Part shown: positions 19,130 to 30,582 of the stretch, one piece after another
Numbering within the stretch: position 1 is the first letter of the stretch
Layout: each line of letters opens with the position of its first letter
Assembly: GCA_964194565.1 (NCBI GenBank)
Contig: CAXMMZ010000155.1
Location: forward strand, 1 to 62,721
Length of the DNA stretch: 62,721 bases
From: Arenicellales bacterium
Lineage (GTDB): Bacteria > Pseudomonadota > Gammaproteobacteria > Arenicellales > JAOTWM01
Reading direction: 5' to 3'
The notes under the pieces: generated by a model
Told to the model about the DNA's origin: nothing
Database searches by the model: none
What the model saw: the letters and a program-made list of their open reading frames with translations, nothing else
Position numbers and translations under genes: made by a program

Positions 19130-20533
19130 CTACTTCGATATTTCTTTGAGTACGGAATCCAGACTTTCCTTAGCATCACCAAAGAACATTCTTGTGTTGT
19201 CTTTATAGAACAGTGGATTTTGCACTCCGGCATATCCTGACGCCATACTGCGTTTCAGTACAATCGCCGTCTTGCCTTTCCAGCACTCCATCACCGGCAT
19301 ACCGGCAATCGGACTGTTCGGATCATCTTGTGCAGACGGATTGACGATATCATTCGCACCAACGACGATAGACACATCGATATGCGGGAAATCGTCGTTG
19401 ATTTCACCCATCTCGAAGACGATGTCATACGGCACACGGGCCTCTGCAAGCAGTACGTTCATGTGACCAGGCATTCGACCGGCAACAGGATGAATTCCAA
19501 AGCGGACGTTAACGCCTTTTGAACGTAGCGTCTTGGTAAGTTCATGAACAGTATGCTGCGCCTGTGCCACTGCCATTCCGTAACCGGGAATAATCATGAT
19601 CTCCTTGGCATCCGTCAACAAGTCGGCCACTTCTTCGTATTCGATAGGAAAGACTTCGCCCTGGTCGCTTGTAGTGCCAGCAGTGCCTGCGGATTCGGTA
19701 CCGAAACCTCCCGCAATCACGGCAATAAAGTTTCTGTTCATGGCGCGGCACATGATGTAGCTCAAGATCGCACCACTACTACCCACCAGCGCACCGGTAA
19801 CAATCAGCAGGTCATTGGATAACATGAATCCGGTGGCCGCTGCGGCCCAGCCTGAATAGCTGTTCAACATGGAGATAACGACAGGCATATCCGCGCCGCC
19901 AATCGCCATCACCATATGCACACCGAAAGTGAGGGCGATCGCGGTCACAAACAAGAGCGGTATCATGCCACCACCGGTTTTGGCTTGATCCACGAATTCA
20001 AAACAAAGCCAGATCGAAGCTATGAGTAGACCCAGGTTCATCCAGTGGCGTGCAGGCAGGAGGACCGGATTACCGGAGATCTTGCCGCTGAGTTTGCCAA
20101 AGGCAATGACCGAACCCGAAAAAGTGACGGCGCCGATCAATACCCCAATGTAAATTTCTATTTCATGGATGGTCTTTTCGGCACCACTAAATTGTAGCGC
20201 CGCATCCGGGTCCATAAAATTCACAAAACCTACCAAAACTGCGGCAACGCCCACCAGGCTATGCAAGATAGCCACCAATTCAGGCATCTGGGTCATCTGC
20301 ACCTTCAGTGCCAGGATAATTCCCATCGTACCGCCAATAAGCATGCAAATAATGATGGTCGCATAGACATCGACTTGTGGACCCAGTACGGTTGCCAGCA
20401 CGGCGATGACCATGCCGGTGATGCCGTAGGCATTACCACGGCGTGATGTCTCCGGATGGCTCAGCCCCCCCAAGGCCAGGATGAACAGGATGGTAGCGCC
20501 GATGTAAGATACTGAAACTAATCCAACTGGCAC
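19130..20533 (-). CDS. pntB: NAD(P) transhydrogenase subunit beta
   Basis: Multi-TM dII plus a C-terminal dIII ([10 protein letters not shown]..., [28 protein letters not shown]). I chose the GTG at 20533 ([19 protein letters not shown]), which follows AGGAGG and lies just after the pntA stop. The ORF track extends to 20596. Confidence 0.9.
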   Translation of the reverse strand: MPVGLVSVSYIGATILFILALGGLSHPETSRRGNAYGITGMVIAVLATVLGPQVDVYATIIICMLIGGTMGIILALKVQMTQMPELVAILHSLVGVAAVLVGFVNFMDPDAALQFSGAEKTIHEIEIYIGVLIGAVTFSGSVIAFGKLSGKISGNPVLLPARHWMNLGLLIASIWLCFEFVDQAKTGGGMIPLLFVTAIALTFGVHMVMAIGGADMPVVISMLNSYSGWAAAATGFMLSNDLLIVTGALVGSSGAILSYIMCRAMNRNFIAVIAGGFGTESAGTAGTTSDQGEVFPIEYEEVADLLTDAKEIMIIPGYGMAVAQAQHTVHELTKTLRSKGVNVRFGIHPVAGRMPGHMNVLLAEARVPYDIVFEMGEINDDFPHIDVSIVVGANDIVNPSAQDDPNSPIAGMPVMECWKGKTAIVLKRSMASGYAGVQNPLFYKDNTRMFFGDAKESLDSVLKEISK

Positions 20534-20546
20534 GGCTATCTCCCTC

Positions 20547-22106
20547 CTATCGCCTAAACATTTGCAGCATGCGCTGGGTAACTGCGAAGCCGCCAAAGAT
20601 ATTAATACTGGTTATCAGTATCGCGAACGCGGCAATCCCAGCGAGCAACTTGTTCCCGGACGAAACTTGTACAAGTGCGCCGATGATGATGATGCTACTA
20701 ATCGCATTGGTCACACTCATTAGCGGGGTATGCAAGGCATAGGTTACATTCCAAATCACCATGTAACCGACGAAGCAGGCCAATACGAAAACCGTAAAGT
20801 GCTGCATGAAGGAAGCTGGTGCACTGATCCCGATACCATAAAAACAGAGGCCCCCGATCAGGATCGTCAGAGCCGACCTCATGGCCGAAGGTATCAGCGG
20901 TTGTTTTTCCCCTTCGGGCTCCGCTTTCGATTCTTCAACAGGTACAGGAGGTGCGGCCAAAATCTTGGGAGTCGGCGGCGGCCAGGTAATTTCACCTTGT
21001 TTGATGACGGTCGTTCCACGAATGACCTCATCCTCCATATCAACCACGATCTCACCATTCTTCTCGGGACACATTTCGGCCAACAGGTGACGCAGGTTGC
21101 TTGCGTAGAGCTGACTGGACTGGGCCGGCAGGCGGCTGGGCATGTTGGTATAACCGACAATGGTGACACCGTGCTTCACGACGACCTTGCCGGGTTCGGT
21201 CAATCTACAATTGCCACCTTGCTCTGAGGCGAGATCAACGATGACGCTACCGTCCTGCATGGTCTCGACCATGGCTTCCGTGATCAGTTTGGGTGCCGGT
21301 TTCCCCGGGATAAGCGCAGTCGTTATGATGATATCGACTTCCATGGCCTGGCGGGCGAACAGATCCATTTCTGCCTTTATGAACTCAGCACTCATGACCT
21401 TGGCATAACCGCCTTGGCCCGAACCTTCTTCTTCAAAATCGAGTTCAAGAAATTCAGCGTCCATACTCTCGATCTGCTCCTTAACTTCAGGGCGGGTATC
21501 AAAAGCCCTGACGATGGCGCCCAGGCCTTTTGCTGTTCCAATCGCGGCAAGACCAGCAACACCGGCTCCGATGACCATGACCTTGGCAGGGGGGACCTTT
21601 CCAGCCGCCGTGATCTGACCGGTAAAGAACCGGCCAAAGTGCTGAGCCGCCTCAACGACCGCACGATAGCCTGCAATATTGGACATAGAACTCAGGGCAT
21701 CGAGTTTCTGTGCCCGCGAAATTCGGGGCACGCTATCCATGGCGAGCACGGTGACCTTCCGGTCTGCCAGGCGCTGCATCAATTCAGCATTTTGCGCTGG
21801 CCAGATGAAACTGATCAGTGTTTTGCCTTCGCTTAGAAGTTCAACTTCATCGATACGGAGTTTGGGGTGGTTCTCAGGACCACGTACCTTGAATATGATA
21901 TCAGACGACTCCCATAGAGTTTTGGTGTCTTCAATGATTTCGGCACCGGCCTCACGGTAGGCGTCGTCTGCGAAATTAGCTGCTTTACCGGCGCCGGTTT
22001 CGACTGCAACTAAAAATCCTAATTTTTGGAGTTGTTCCGCGACTTCAGGTGTCGTCGCAACGCGCTTTTCACCCGAGTGGATTTCTTTGGGTACTCCGAT
22101 TTTCAT
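20547..22106 (-). CDS. pntA: NAD(P) transhydrogenase subunit alpha
   Basis: 519 aa. N-terminal dI (alanine-dehydrogenase/PNT fold, [15 protein letters not shown]) plus C-terminal TM helices. GGGGAG Shine-Dalgarno upstream. Confidence 0.9.
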   Translation of the reverse strand: MKIGVPKEIHSGEKRVATTPEVAEQLQKLGFLVAVETGAGKAANFADDAYREAGAEIIEDTKTLWESSDIIFKVRGPENHPKLRIDEVELLSEGKTLISFIWPAQNAELMQRLADRKVTVLAMDSVPRISRAQKLDALSSMSNIAGYRAVVEAAQHFGRFFTGQITAAGKVPPAKVMVIGAGVAGLAAIGTAKGLGAIVRAFDTRPEVKEQIESMDAEFLELDFEEEGSGQGGYAKVMSAEFIKAEMDLFARQAMEVDIIITTALIPGKPAPKLITEAMVETMQDGSVIVDLASEQGGNCRLTEPGKVVVKHGVTIVGYTNMPSRLPAQSSQLYASNLRHLLAEMCPEKNGEIVVDMEDEVIRGTTVIKQGEITWPPPTPKILAAPPVPVEESKAEPEGEKQPLIPSAMRSALTILIGGLCFYGIGISAPASFMQHFTVFVLACFVGYMVIWNVTYALHTPLMSVTNAISSIIIIGALVQVSSGNKLLAGIAAFAILITSINIFGGFAVTQRMLQMFRR

Positions 22107-22331
22107 CGCTATTTACTCCCCTGAATTGAGACCGCTGGATATTTGTATTGCAATAAAAACTGGACACTTGTTGTTGGAGTATGTAGTTATTATTTACTAC
22201 TTCTAACAGGCGCTAATCCTAGCATGAAGCAAGACACAAGTCATAAATCATTAGGCTGTTATTGTTAACTCACACGAGAATATTGTTCGAGGAATCGCAA
22301 ACAAAAACCACGACTACGGAGTCGTGAGTAA

Positions 22332-22703
22332 TTGAACAACAAAGACGTAGAAGTGAAATTTGCGATCCATCCAGTGAAGGGCCGCATGCCCGGCCATATG
22401 AATGTGCTGCTGGCCGAGGCCGACATGCTTTACGATCCGGTTGTGAAAATGGAAGAGACCAGTCACGAATTCACCACGGCCGATGTCGCATTGGTGGTGG
22501 GCGCGAGCGACATTACCAACCCCGTGGCGAAATCCGATCGTTCGAGTCCGTTCTACGGCCTGCCGATTCTCGACGTGAACCGTACCAATCGCGTGTTTGT
22601 GATCAAACGCAGTATGAAGCCGAGCTATGCGGGTATCGAAAACCTGTTCTATTACCAGAACAATTATTCGTTGGTTTTCGGCGACGCGAAAGAAGTCTGT
22701 TAA
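22332..22703 (+). pseudogene. orphan PntB dIII-like C-terminal fragment (intact 123-aa frame, probably a gene remnant)
   Basis: Aligns by eye to the last ~120 aa of PntB: [56 protein letters not shown]. It lacks the TM domain and the first Rossmann strand, and has a TTG start with a poorly spaced Shine-Dalgarno. Confidence 0.55.
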
Positions 22704-22759
22704 GCCACCGTCGCTGAGCTGAAATCGAGTTAGTCGTCCCTGAAAAACGCCATAAAGAT

Positions 22760-23638
22760 TCAATGCAACGCATCACGCATTAACGCGCCAATCGTGGCCG
22801 GGTTTTTGGTGACGCTGACCCCACACTCTTCGAGTACCGCGATTTTCTCGGCGGCTGTGCCCTTACCGCCGGAAATAATTGCACCGGCATGTCCCATACG
22901 TTTACCAGGCGGGGCGGTGACACCGGCAATAAACCCTACGACTGGTTTAGTCATATTATTTTTGATCCATCGTGCGCATTCTTCCTCATCGGAACCACCG
23001 ATTTCACCGCATAAAACCACGGCTTCCGTATCGGGGTCGTCGTTAAACATTCGAATGACATCGAGATGTTTGAGGCCGTTAACCGGGTCACCACCAATGC
23101 CGACACAGGTCGATTGTCCGAGCCCCAGTTTGCTCAACTGGTCCACGACTTCATAGGTCAAGGTGCCGGAACGCGACACCACGCCAATCGTCCCCTTACG
23201 GTGTATATAGCCCGGCATGATGCCGATCTTAATCTCATCTGGCGTTATCACGCCCGGGCAGTTCGGACCCACTAATACTGTGGACGAATCGCGCATTCGA
23301 TGGCGGGTAAGAATCATGTCCTTTACGGGAACGCCTTCGGTGATACAAATCACGACATCGATCCCCGCACCGATCGCCTCGTCGATAGCCGCCGCCGCAA
23401 ATCGTGGCGGTACATAGATTACCGAGGTATTCACACCCGCTTGCGAGCGAGCTTCCTCGACCGTATCAAATACGGGCACACCCTCGACCGATTGTCCCGC
23501 TTTCCCGGGCGTCACGCCCGCCACAAACGTATCGCGCCCCAATGCGTATTCAAGGCAGTTCTTGGTGTGGAATGCGCCGGTTTTACCGGTAATGCCTTGG
23601 GTCACCACACGGGTGTCTTTATTTATGAGTATCGACAT
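22760..23638 (-). CDS. sucD: succinate--CoA ligase subunit alpha
   Basis: [21 protein letters not shown]..., phosphohistidine loop MGHAGAI. The ATG at 23638 lies 4 nt after the sucC stop; the ORF track extends to 23725. Confidence 0.95.
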   Translation of the reverse strand: MSILINKDTRVVTQGITGKTGAFHTKNCLEYALGRDTFVAGVTPGKAGQSVEGVPVFDTVEEARSQAGVNTSVIYVPPRFAAAAIDEAIGAGIDVVICITEGVPVKDMILTRHRMRDSSTVLVGPNCPGVITPDEIKIGIMPGYIHRKGTIGVVSRSGTLTYEVVDQLSKLGLGQSTCVGIGGDPVNGLKHLDVIRMFNDDPDTEAVVLCGEIGGSDEEECARWIKNNMTKPVVGFIAGVTAPPGKRMGHAGAIISGGKGTAAEKIAVLEECGVSVTKNPATIGALMRDALH

Positions 23639-23642
23639 AAGG

Positions 23643-24806
23643 TTAACCTCGAGTCGCGGCGACGACGCGTTCCGCCGCATCTGCCATGTTATCGGCGCCA
23701 ATAATTGCGAGGCCGGAATCGCCAAGGATTTTCCGTCCCGCTTCGACGTTGGTTCCTTCTAACCGAACTACTAACGGCACACCCAGATCAATTTGTTTTG
23801 CAGCACTAACCAGCCCCTCAGCGATTACGTCACATCGCATAATTCCGCCGAATATATTGACGAGAATCGCGGCCAGGTTTTCATTGCGCAGCATAATTTT
23901 GAACGCGGCCGTGACCTGTTCCGCCGTCGCGCCGCCCCCGACATCAAGGAAATTCGCGGGCTCACCGCCGTACAGCTTGATAATATCCATCGTCGCCATC
24001 GCGAGGCCTGCTCCATTAACGAGGCAACCAATGTTTCCGTCCAGGGCAATGTACGATAAACCGAATTCCGAAGCCTCGATTTCCGCCGGATCTTCTTCAT
24101 CTAAATCTCGATATTCGTCGAGTTGCGGATGCCGGAACAATGCGTTGTCATCAAAATTGAACTTGGCGTCCAGGGCCAATACGCGATCGTCGGCCGTAAG
24201 TATCAATGGATTGATTTCCGCAAGCGATGCATCGCTGTCCCAAAATGCCTGATAAAGGCCCTTGAAGAACGCGATCGCACTCGTAGCTGCTGCATCGGGG
24301 ATACCGATTTGAGCGGCCAGCGAAGCCGCCTGCTCATTGGTCAGCCCCTGCGCCGGATCAATAGCAATTTTGTGAATCTTTTCGGGGCTTGTCGCCGCGA
24401 CTTCCTCGATCTCGGTGCCGCCTTCCGCACTGACCATCATCGTTACACGTTGTGCCGAACGATCCACCACCACACCGACGTAGAGCTCGGTTTTAATTGC
24501 TACGCCCTCCTCGATGAGCAATCGGTTTACGCGCTGGCCGCTCGGACCGGTTTGATGTGTGACCAGAATCATTCCAAGTATGTCCGTGCTGAATTGCCGC
24601 ACTTCGTCGAGCGAGCGAGCAATTTTGACGCCACCGCCTTTGCCACGCCCGCCGGCGTGGATTTGCGCCTTCACAACCCAAATCTCGCCGCCCAATTGCT
24701 GCGCGGCGGCGACCGCGTCATCACTTGAAAAGCACGCCACACCCCGAGGGGTCACAACCCCGAAACCACGCAATAGTTCCTTTGCCTGATACTCGTGAAT
24801 TTTCAT
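23643..24806 (-). CDS. sucC: succinate--CoA ligase subunit beta
   Basis: 387 aa. [17 protein letters not shown]... ATP-grasp domain and a C-terminal ligase-CoA domain. Confidence 0.95.
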   Translation of the reverse strand: MKIHEYQAKELLRGFGVVTPRGVACFSSDDAVAAAQQLGGEIWVVKAQIHAGGRGKGGGVKIARSLDEVRQFSTDILGMILVTHQTGPSGQRVNRLLIEEGVAIKTELYVGVVVDRSAQRVTMMVSAEGGTEIEEVAATSPEKIHKIAIDPAQGLTNEQAASLAAQIGIPDAAATSAIAFFKGLYQAFWDSDASLAEINPLILTADDRVLALDAKFNFDDNALFRHPQLDEYRDLDEEDPAEIEASEFGLSYIALDGNIGCLVNGAGLAMATMDIIKLYGGEPANFLDVGGGATAEQVTAAFKIMLRNENLAAILVNIFGGIMRCDVIAEGLVSAAKQIDLGVPLVVRLEGTNVEAGRKILGDSGLAIIGADNMADAAERVVAATRG

Positions 24807-24842
24807 AAGCTTTCTTAAAGTAATCGGGAACGAAAAATCGAT

Positions 24843-26045
24843 TTAGGCCGACTGCCCAACCGCCGCAATAACCCGGGGCACAATCCGCTCACGTAAACGC
24901 GGGTCAAACTGCTTGGGCAGGATATAATCTTTGCCGAATTCCATGCTCGTCGCCTGATATGCTTTCAGTACTTCGTCGGGCACCGGTTCTTTGGCCAATT
25001 CCGCCAACCCATAGACCGCGGCAATTAAGACTTCCTGGCTAATCTCGGTAGCCCGCGCGTCCAGCACTGCGCGAAATACGAACGGAAAGCACAACGAATT
25101 ATTGACCTGATTCGGAAAATCCGAGCGACCAGTCGCAATGACGGCATCGCTGCGCGCACTGCGCACAGTCTCAGGCCGGATTTCGGGTTCGGGATTCGCG
25201 AGGGCGAAAACGATTGGTCTATCCGACATCGTCTTTACCATCGTTGCCGATATTAACCCAGGCCCCGACACGCCGATGACGGCATCCGCACCGACCATTG
25301 CTTCTGCCAGCGTCCGGGTCGGCGTATCGACAATAAACGCTTGTTTGTGGATGTTCAAATCGGTGCGGCCACTATGAATCACGCCTTTGCTGTCCACCAC
25401 CAGGATATGTTCTCGGCGCGCGCCGAGCGCACACAATAATCGCCCGCTGGCCAAACCCGCCGCGCCCGCACCGATAATCACAATGCGCACGTCCTCAAGA
25501 GATTTCCCTTGAATCTCCAGCGCATTTAACAATCCGGCACCGATAATGACCGATGTGCCGTGTTGATCGTCATGAAATACCGGGATATCCAGGCGTTCGC
25601 GCAAAGCGCTTTCTATCGAGAAACATCGTGGAGCGGCGATATCCTCGAGATTGATGGCGCCAAAGGTTGGCGCAATATTCACCACCGTCTCGATAAAAGT
25701 TTCGGCGCTGGGAGCGTTAACCTCAATATCGAACACATCGATGTCGGCGAAGCGCTTAAACAACACAGCCTTGCCTTCCATGACCGGTTTTCCGGCCAGC
25801 GCGCCGACATTACCAAGACCCAGCACCGCCGAGCCGTCGGTAATCACCGCGACGAGATTGCCTTTATTGGTATAGCGATACGCGGCTTCCGGATCGCGAT
25901 GGATTTCCCGCACCGGCTCGGCTACGCCGGGCGTATACGCCAAGGACAAATCCTCGGCGGTCGCGAACGGCTTGGTGGGAGCGATCGAGATCTTACCGGG
26001 TCGCGGCTCTTCGTGATAACGCAGCGCTTTTTGCCTGTCGTCCAA
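24843..26045 (-). CDS. NAD(P)-dependent malic enzyme (short form, no PTA domain)
   Basis: 400 aa. ALRYHEEPRPGKISIAPTKP...LSLAYTPGVAEP and a Rossmann motif IVIIGAGAAG. Confidence 0.85.
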   Translation of the reverse strand: MDDRQKALRYHEEPRPGKISIAPTKPFATAEDLSLAYTPGVAEPVREIHRDPEAAYRYTNKGNLVAVITDGSAVLGLGNVGALAGKPVMEGKAVLFKRFADIDVFDIEVNAPSAETFIETVVNIAPTFGAINLEDIAAPRCFSIESALRERLDIPVFHDDQHGTSVIIGAGLLNALEIQGKSLEDVRIVIIGAGAAGLASGRLLCALGARREHILVVDSKGVIHSGRTDLNIHKQAFIVDTPTRTLAEAMVGADAVIGVSGPGLISATMVKTMSDRPIVFALANPEPEIRPETVRSARSDAVIATGRSDFPNQVNNSLCFPFVFRAVLDARATEISQEVLIAAVYGLAELAKEPVPDEVLKAYQATSMEFGKDYILPKQFDPRLRERIVPRVIAAVGQSA

Positions 26046-26310
26046 AATGATTCGATTCCGAGTTGAATATTAGTCGCGCGCCCGAAGTACAGCGCGGGCG
26101 TAGTGTACTACAACGATTGGGGAGCCTCTGATTAATTCTGGGCGAGCGGGTCTGAGGTTCCCTAAGTATCTGCCGGTTCGACCGGTCGTTCGGGGTCGCA
26201 AATCGATTGACTCCACGACCCGACATACAACCGCGAATCGGATAAGCCTGCGATCTCCATCGCGAGCAAAGAGTTTGCCCATAACTCAATTTTACGTGCG
26301 GCAGGGTGGT

Positions 26311-26398
26311 TGGCGGAGAGGGAGGGATTCGAACCCCCGGAAGGTTTCCCTTCAACGGTTTTCAAGACCGCCGCTTTCGACCACTCAGCCACCTCTCC
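26311..26398 (-). tRNA. tRNA-Ser (anticodon UGA)
   Basis: The reverse complement is GGAGAGGTGGCTGAGTGGTCGAAAGCGGCGGTCTTGAAAACCGTTGAAGGGAAACCTTCCGGGGGTTCGAATCCCTCCCTCTCCGCCA (88 nt). It has a long variable arm, anticodon loop CTTGAAA and an encoded CCA. Confidence 0.95.
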
Positions 26399-26594
26399 TA
26401 AATTGCAGCCGACCGGGCCATGATGCGGCGGGGTGTCGTTACGATATCGTAATCTCCGCGCGGCACCCACCACAAGCCCTTGAATTATAGGCAATTGAGC
26501 CCCCATTATACCAGTAATGAAGCGCATACCCCGCTATCTCTGGGGCTGAAGCAGAGTTATAATGCGCCGGTAAATTCATAATTCGGAGATTAAT

Positions 26595-27263
26595 ATGAAT
26601 CGATTGAACCCAGCAGTTTCAAGACCGATTGCGACCGGACTGGCCGTCAACAAGGTCTTGAAGAATACCTATGCGTTGCTTGCGATGACGTTGCTGTTTA
26701 GTGCAGCAACTGCCGGATTGTCAATGCTGATGAACTGGCCGCACCCGGGGTTGGTCATCACCCTCGTCGGCTACTTCGGGCTGTTGTTTCTGACCACCAA
26801 ATTTCGCAATTCGGCTTTGGGCTTGGTTTTCGTCTTCATGTTGACTGGTTTTATGGGCATCACGCTAGGCCCAATCATCAGTCTTTACATAAACCACCTA
26901 CCAAACGGAGACCAGCTCGTCATGACCGCATTAGGCGGCACCGGGGCGATCTTTCTCGGGCTTTCCGGATACGTGCTGACGACTCGTAAGGATTTCTCGT
27001 TCATTGGTGGAATGTTGTTCGTAGGGATTCTGGTTGCCTTTCTGGCTGGACTAGGCGCTGTGATATTTTCAATACCGGCACTGTCTCTGGCCGTATCGGC
27101 CATGTTTATTTTGCTGATGTCCGGTTTGATTCTATACCAGACCAGCCAAATTATTCACGGCGGTGAAACCAACTATATAATGGCCACTGTTATGTTATAT
27201 GTAGCGATTTTTAATCTTTTCACGAGCTTACTACACATACTCGGTATATTTGGCGACGACTGA
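26595..27263 (+). CDS. Bax inhibitor-1/YccA-family membrane protein
   Basis: 222 aa with ~7 TM segments. N-terminus ...LKNTYALLAMTLLFSAATA is typical of the BI-1/YccA/YbhL family. Confidence 0.8.
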   Translation: MNRLNPAVSRPIATGLAVNKVLKNTYALLAMTLLFSAATAGLSMLMNWPHPGLVITLVGYFGLLFLTTKFRNSALGLVFVFMLTGFMGITLGPIISLYINHLPNGDQLVMTALGGTGAIFLGLSGYVLTTRKDFSFIGGMLFVGILVAFLAGLGAVIFSIPALSLAVSAMFILLMSGLILYQTSQIIHGGETNYIMATVMLYVAIFNLFTSLLHILGIFGDD

Positions 27264-27288
27264 TTACGACGTCGGAATTCGAACTTCG

Positions 27289-27316
27289 AAACCCCGCTGC
27301 GGCGGGGTTTTGTTTT
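27289..27316 (+). terminator. rho-independent terminator after the BI-1 gene
   Basis: AAACCCCGC-tgcg-GCGGGGTTT: a perfect 9-bp stem with a 4-nt loop, followed by TGTTTT, 26 nt after the stop codon. Confidence 0.8.
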
Positions 27317-27474
27317 ATGATGATGGTGACACGGTACGGGCTTTGCGTGGCGAACCGCCCGATTCAGTTTTTCAGCGATTCCCGCGGCCGCGAACCCCAA
27401 GGTCGAAATAAGCACACACGCGCTTATCGTGTCACTCTGTGGCGACGAGCCCGGTCGGCACATGTCGATTGCGA

Positions 27475-28449
27475 CTAGCCTTGTAGTAGCTTATCGAAAT
27501 ATTCGATAGTTTTCTTCAACCCTGACTCCAACTCAACCTTCGGCTTCCAGCCCATAAGCTCGTTCGCCAAAGTAATATCCGGACATCGCTGTCGGGGATC
27601 GTCCTCCGGAAGGGATACGTAGTGAAGTTTCGAATGTGAGTTTGTTAATTCGATAACTCGTGCGGCTAGCTCCGCAATCGTAAATTCGTTCGGATTGCCG
27701 ACATTTACGGGACCCGTCACATCGTCTTCAGTCTGCATAAACAATTGCATCGCAGCAACCTGGTCATCAACATAACAGAACGACCGAGTCTGCGAACCAT
27801 CCCCGTAGATCGTAATGGGTTCATGTCGCAACGCCTGAACAATGAAATTCGAAACCACGCGGCCATCATTGATATGCATACGCGGCCCATAGGTGTTAAA
27901 AATTCGCGCCACCTTGATGCGCAATCCGTGTTGACGGTGGTAATCAAAACACAATGTTTCAGCACACCGCTTGCCTTCGTCATAACATGAACGTACGCCT
28001 ATCGGATTCACATTACCCCAATAAGCTTCCTGTTGCGGGTGCACCGTTGGGTCACCATATACCTCACTGGTAGAAGCCTGGTAGAGCTTCGCCTTGACGC
28101 GTTTCGCGAGCCCCAGCATATTTATCGCGCCGTGCACACTGGTTTTGGTGGTTTGAACTGGATCGTATTGATAATGAATCGGTGACGCCGGACACGCCAA
28201 ATTGTAGATTTCATCGACCTCGACATATAGCGGAAACGTCACATCGTGGCGCATCAACTCGAATCCGGGGTCATCCAGCAAATTCTGAATATTGCGCTTG
28301 GTACCGGTGAAATAGTTATCGATACAGAGTACGTCGTGCCCATTGGCCAACAAGTGCTCGCATAAATGCGAACCAAGAAATCCCGCGCCGCCAGTGACTA
28401 AGACACGGCGGGCGCTATGCATTGTTCGATCTATTTGTTGTGATGTCAT
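27475..28449 (-). CDS. UDP-glucuronate decarboxylase (UDP-xylose synthase-like SDR)
   Basis: 324 aa. [18 protein letters not shown]..., [23 protein letters not shown], and YDEGKR (YxxxK), as in the UXS/ArnA-decarboxylase family. Confidence 0.8.
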   Translation of the reverse strand: MTSQQIDRTMHSARRVLVTGGAGFLGSHLCEHLLANGHDVLCIDNYFTGTKRNIQNLLDDPGFELMRHDVTFPLYVEVDEIYNLACPASPIHYQYDPVQTTKTSVHGAINMLGLAKRVKAKLYQASTSEVYGDPTVHPQQEAYWGNVNPIGVRSCYDEGKRCAETLCFDYHRQHGLRIKVARIFNTYGPRMHINDGRVVSNFIVQALRHEPITIYGDGSQTRSFCYVDDQVAAMQLFMQTEDDVTGPVNVGNPNEFTIAELAARVIELTNSHSKLHYVSLPEDDPRQRCPDITLANELMGWKPKVELESGLKKTIEYFDKLLQG

Positions 28450-28776
28450 TTGGCTTCTCTACGTTACAGTAAGATGCGGTGACTCCGATCCCCATCAAAG
28501 CATAGAAGTAAGCGGCATTAGCCGGTATATGAAAATCGAAATCCACCAATCCATGAGTCAAAAACGACAAAATTCCCAATAACGGCCCAACACTAATCCT
28601 AGTATTCGACGAGCTCTACAATGCATATATCCGTTAATTATCACGTCGATAGCATATAACATCGCGATTGCAAATAATGACGACGCCGGCGGCCAAAAAG
28701 GGCGTTCTTCAGAGATGGCTACTCGGTGATCGCCCACCGATACATAGCCCTAGCTAGTCGCCCATGTGCCACTCCA

Positions 28777-30066
28777 CTAACCGCCGTTCGCAGCCGCGAT
28801 CATATCTGTACCGCCCATGTACGGCCGTAGTACCGCCGGGATAGCGATCGACCCATCGGCTTGCTGATAATTTTCCAAAACCGCAACCAATGTGCGGCCG
28901 ATCGCAAGGCCCGAGCCGTTCAACGTGTGCAGGAACTCAGGCTTACGGGTCGCAGGATTGCGCCAACGCGCGCGCATCCGCCGTGCCTGAAAGGCCTCGA
29001 AGTTGCTGCACGATGAAATCTCCCGATAACAATTCTGACCCGGGAGCCATACTTCGATATCGTAAGTTTTCGCCGCGGAAAAACCGATGTCACCGGAACA
29101 CAGTACAACTACACGATACGGCAATTTCAACCGTTGCAGCACGGTTTCGGCGTGGCTCGTTAATTCTTCAAGCGTGGCCCAAGACAGCGTCGGCTCCACC
29201 AAATGCACGAGCTCTACTTTTTCGAACTGATGCTGGCGTATCATGCCTCGCGTGTCTTTACCATACGAGCCCGCCTCACGGCGAAAACACGGCGTATGAC
29301 ACACCATTTTTTGGGGTAAGTCGTCGGCCGATAGGATTCGATCGCGAGCGGTGTTGGTGACGGGTACTTCGGCGGTCGGCACTAGATACAACGGCTGGTC
29401 GCCGGCGAACACAAATTGGTCATCGGCAAACTTCGGTAGTTGACCGGTGCCAAATAAGCTGTCCGAATTCACCAAGTACGGCACATATATCTCGCGATAG
29501 CCGTGTTCACGCGTATGCAGATCGATCATGAAGTGAATCAAGGCACGATGTAACCGCACCAGATCTCCGTACATCACTACAAAACGTGAGCCGGTGAGTT
29601 TTACCGCCATCTCAAAATCCAACATTCCGAGCGCAGCACCCAGGTCCACATGATCTTTGGGCGAAAATGAAAAAGCGGTCGGCTCACCCCAACGCCGAAT
29701 CTCAACGTTGTCAGTCTCGTTGCGACCAGTCGGTACGCTGGCGTGTGGAATATTGGGAATTCCTGAAATAAATTCGGTCAGCGCATTCTGTACCGTTGCC
29801 AATTCGGATTCGACCGTCTTCAATCGATCGTTGATCGATGCAGCCTGATCCATCACCGCCGCCGCGTCATCACCGCGAACCTTGGCTAGACCGATTTCTT
29901 TTGCACAGCGATTACGATCGCTCCGCAACGACTCAGTGTCGGTCTGCAATAATTTACGGCGGCTTTCCAGTTCACGGAATGCGGCGACATCGAGTTCGAA
30001 TCCGCGGCTAGTCAGTCGTTGTGCAACATTATCGATATCAGCTCGTAACCGCTGTGGATCCAACAT
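28777..30066 (-). CDS. serS: serine--tRNA ligase
   Basis: 429 aa with an N-terminal coiled-coil arm ([18 protein letters not shown]...) and a class II core. Confidence 0.95.
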   Translation of the reverse strand: MLDPQRLRADIDNVAQRLTSRGFELDVAAFRELESRRKLLQTDTESLRSDRNRCAKEIGLAKVRGDDAAAVMDQAASINDRLKTVESELATVQNALTEFISGIPNIPHASVPTGRNETDNVEIRRWGEPTAFSFSPKDHVDLGAALGMLDFEMAVKLTGSRFVVMYGDLVRLHRALIHFMIDLHTREHGYREIYVPYLVNSDSLFGTGQLPKFADDQFVFAGDQPLYLVPTAEVPVTNTARDRILSADDLPQKMVCHTPCFRREAGSYGKDTRGMIRQHQFEKVELVHLVEPTLSWATLEELTSHAETVLQRLKLPYRVVVLCSGDIGFSAAKTYDIEVWLPGQNCYREISSCSNFEAFQARRMRARWRNPATRKPEFLHTLNGSGLAIGRTLVAVLENYQQADGSIAIPAVLRPYMGGTDMIAAANGG

Positions 30067-30102
30067 AGCTATTCCTTACTATGGATTGTATACAATACCG
30101 GG

Positions 30103-30480
30103 TTAGTGCATTTTGGCCACGGCCATCCCGCCCCATACACCAGCCAAACACAACCCGACCGAGAGCACGATATTCAGTAATGCCTTGCTAAAGTGCCCGC
30201 TCTGAATCATTTGCATCGTGTCCAGTGAAAATGCCGAAAACGTCGTAAATCCGCCCAACAATCCCGCAAACAACGCGGCATGCCAGAGCGCCCCAACAGA
30301 AAAACGCTCCGCAAACCCGACAAATAGATAGCCGATACAAAACGAGCCGATCACATTTACCGCGAGAGTGCCATACGGAAAACCCCTACCCAAAATTCGA
30401 TAGGTAAGCTCCGAACTCAGATATCGCAATACCGCGCCGATGGCACCCCCCAACGCAATCACAAGCACTCGTTCTAACAT
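30103..30480 (-). CDS. crcB: fluoride channel CrcB/FluC
   Basis: ~125 aa, 4 TM. MLERVLVIALGGAIGAVLRY...FPYGTLAVNVIGSFCIG...GGFTTFSAFS. The ORF track start at 30504 is an 8-aa extension. Confidence 0.85.
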   Translation of the reverse strand: MLERVLVIALGGAIGAVLRYLSSELTYRILGRGFPYGTLAVNVIGSFCIGYLFVGFAERFSVGALWHAALFAGLLGGFTTFSAFSLDTMQMIQSGHFSKALLNIVLSVGLCLAGVWGGMAVAKMH

Positions 30481-30582
30481 CTTAATGCCCCACGCGGAGT
30501 GCACAACTACCGGTCTATGGTGTTATAGCCGATACCCGTCCAATCTGAAAATTTAGACAATCGATCACTGTTGCGTAGCTTC

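Noticed and set aside
22314-22763. 149-aa minus-strand ORF between pntA and sucD
   Set aside because: It is the mirror frame of the PntB dIII-like fragment. The plus-strand frame carries the clear homology; the minus frame has none.
25993-26527. ORFs of 70-121 aa around 26.0-26.5 kb
   Set aside because: They overlap tRNA-Ser(UGA) and its flanks. The same applies to ORFs 237-618, which overlap tRNA-Gly.
30481-30582. Possible fluoride riboswitch upstream of crcB
   Set aside because: The lolA-crcB spacer lacks the conserved crcB-motif elements as I remember them, and crcB appears co-transcribed within the ftsK-lolA-crcB-serS string.
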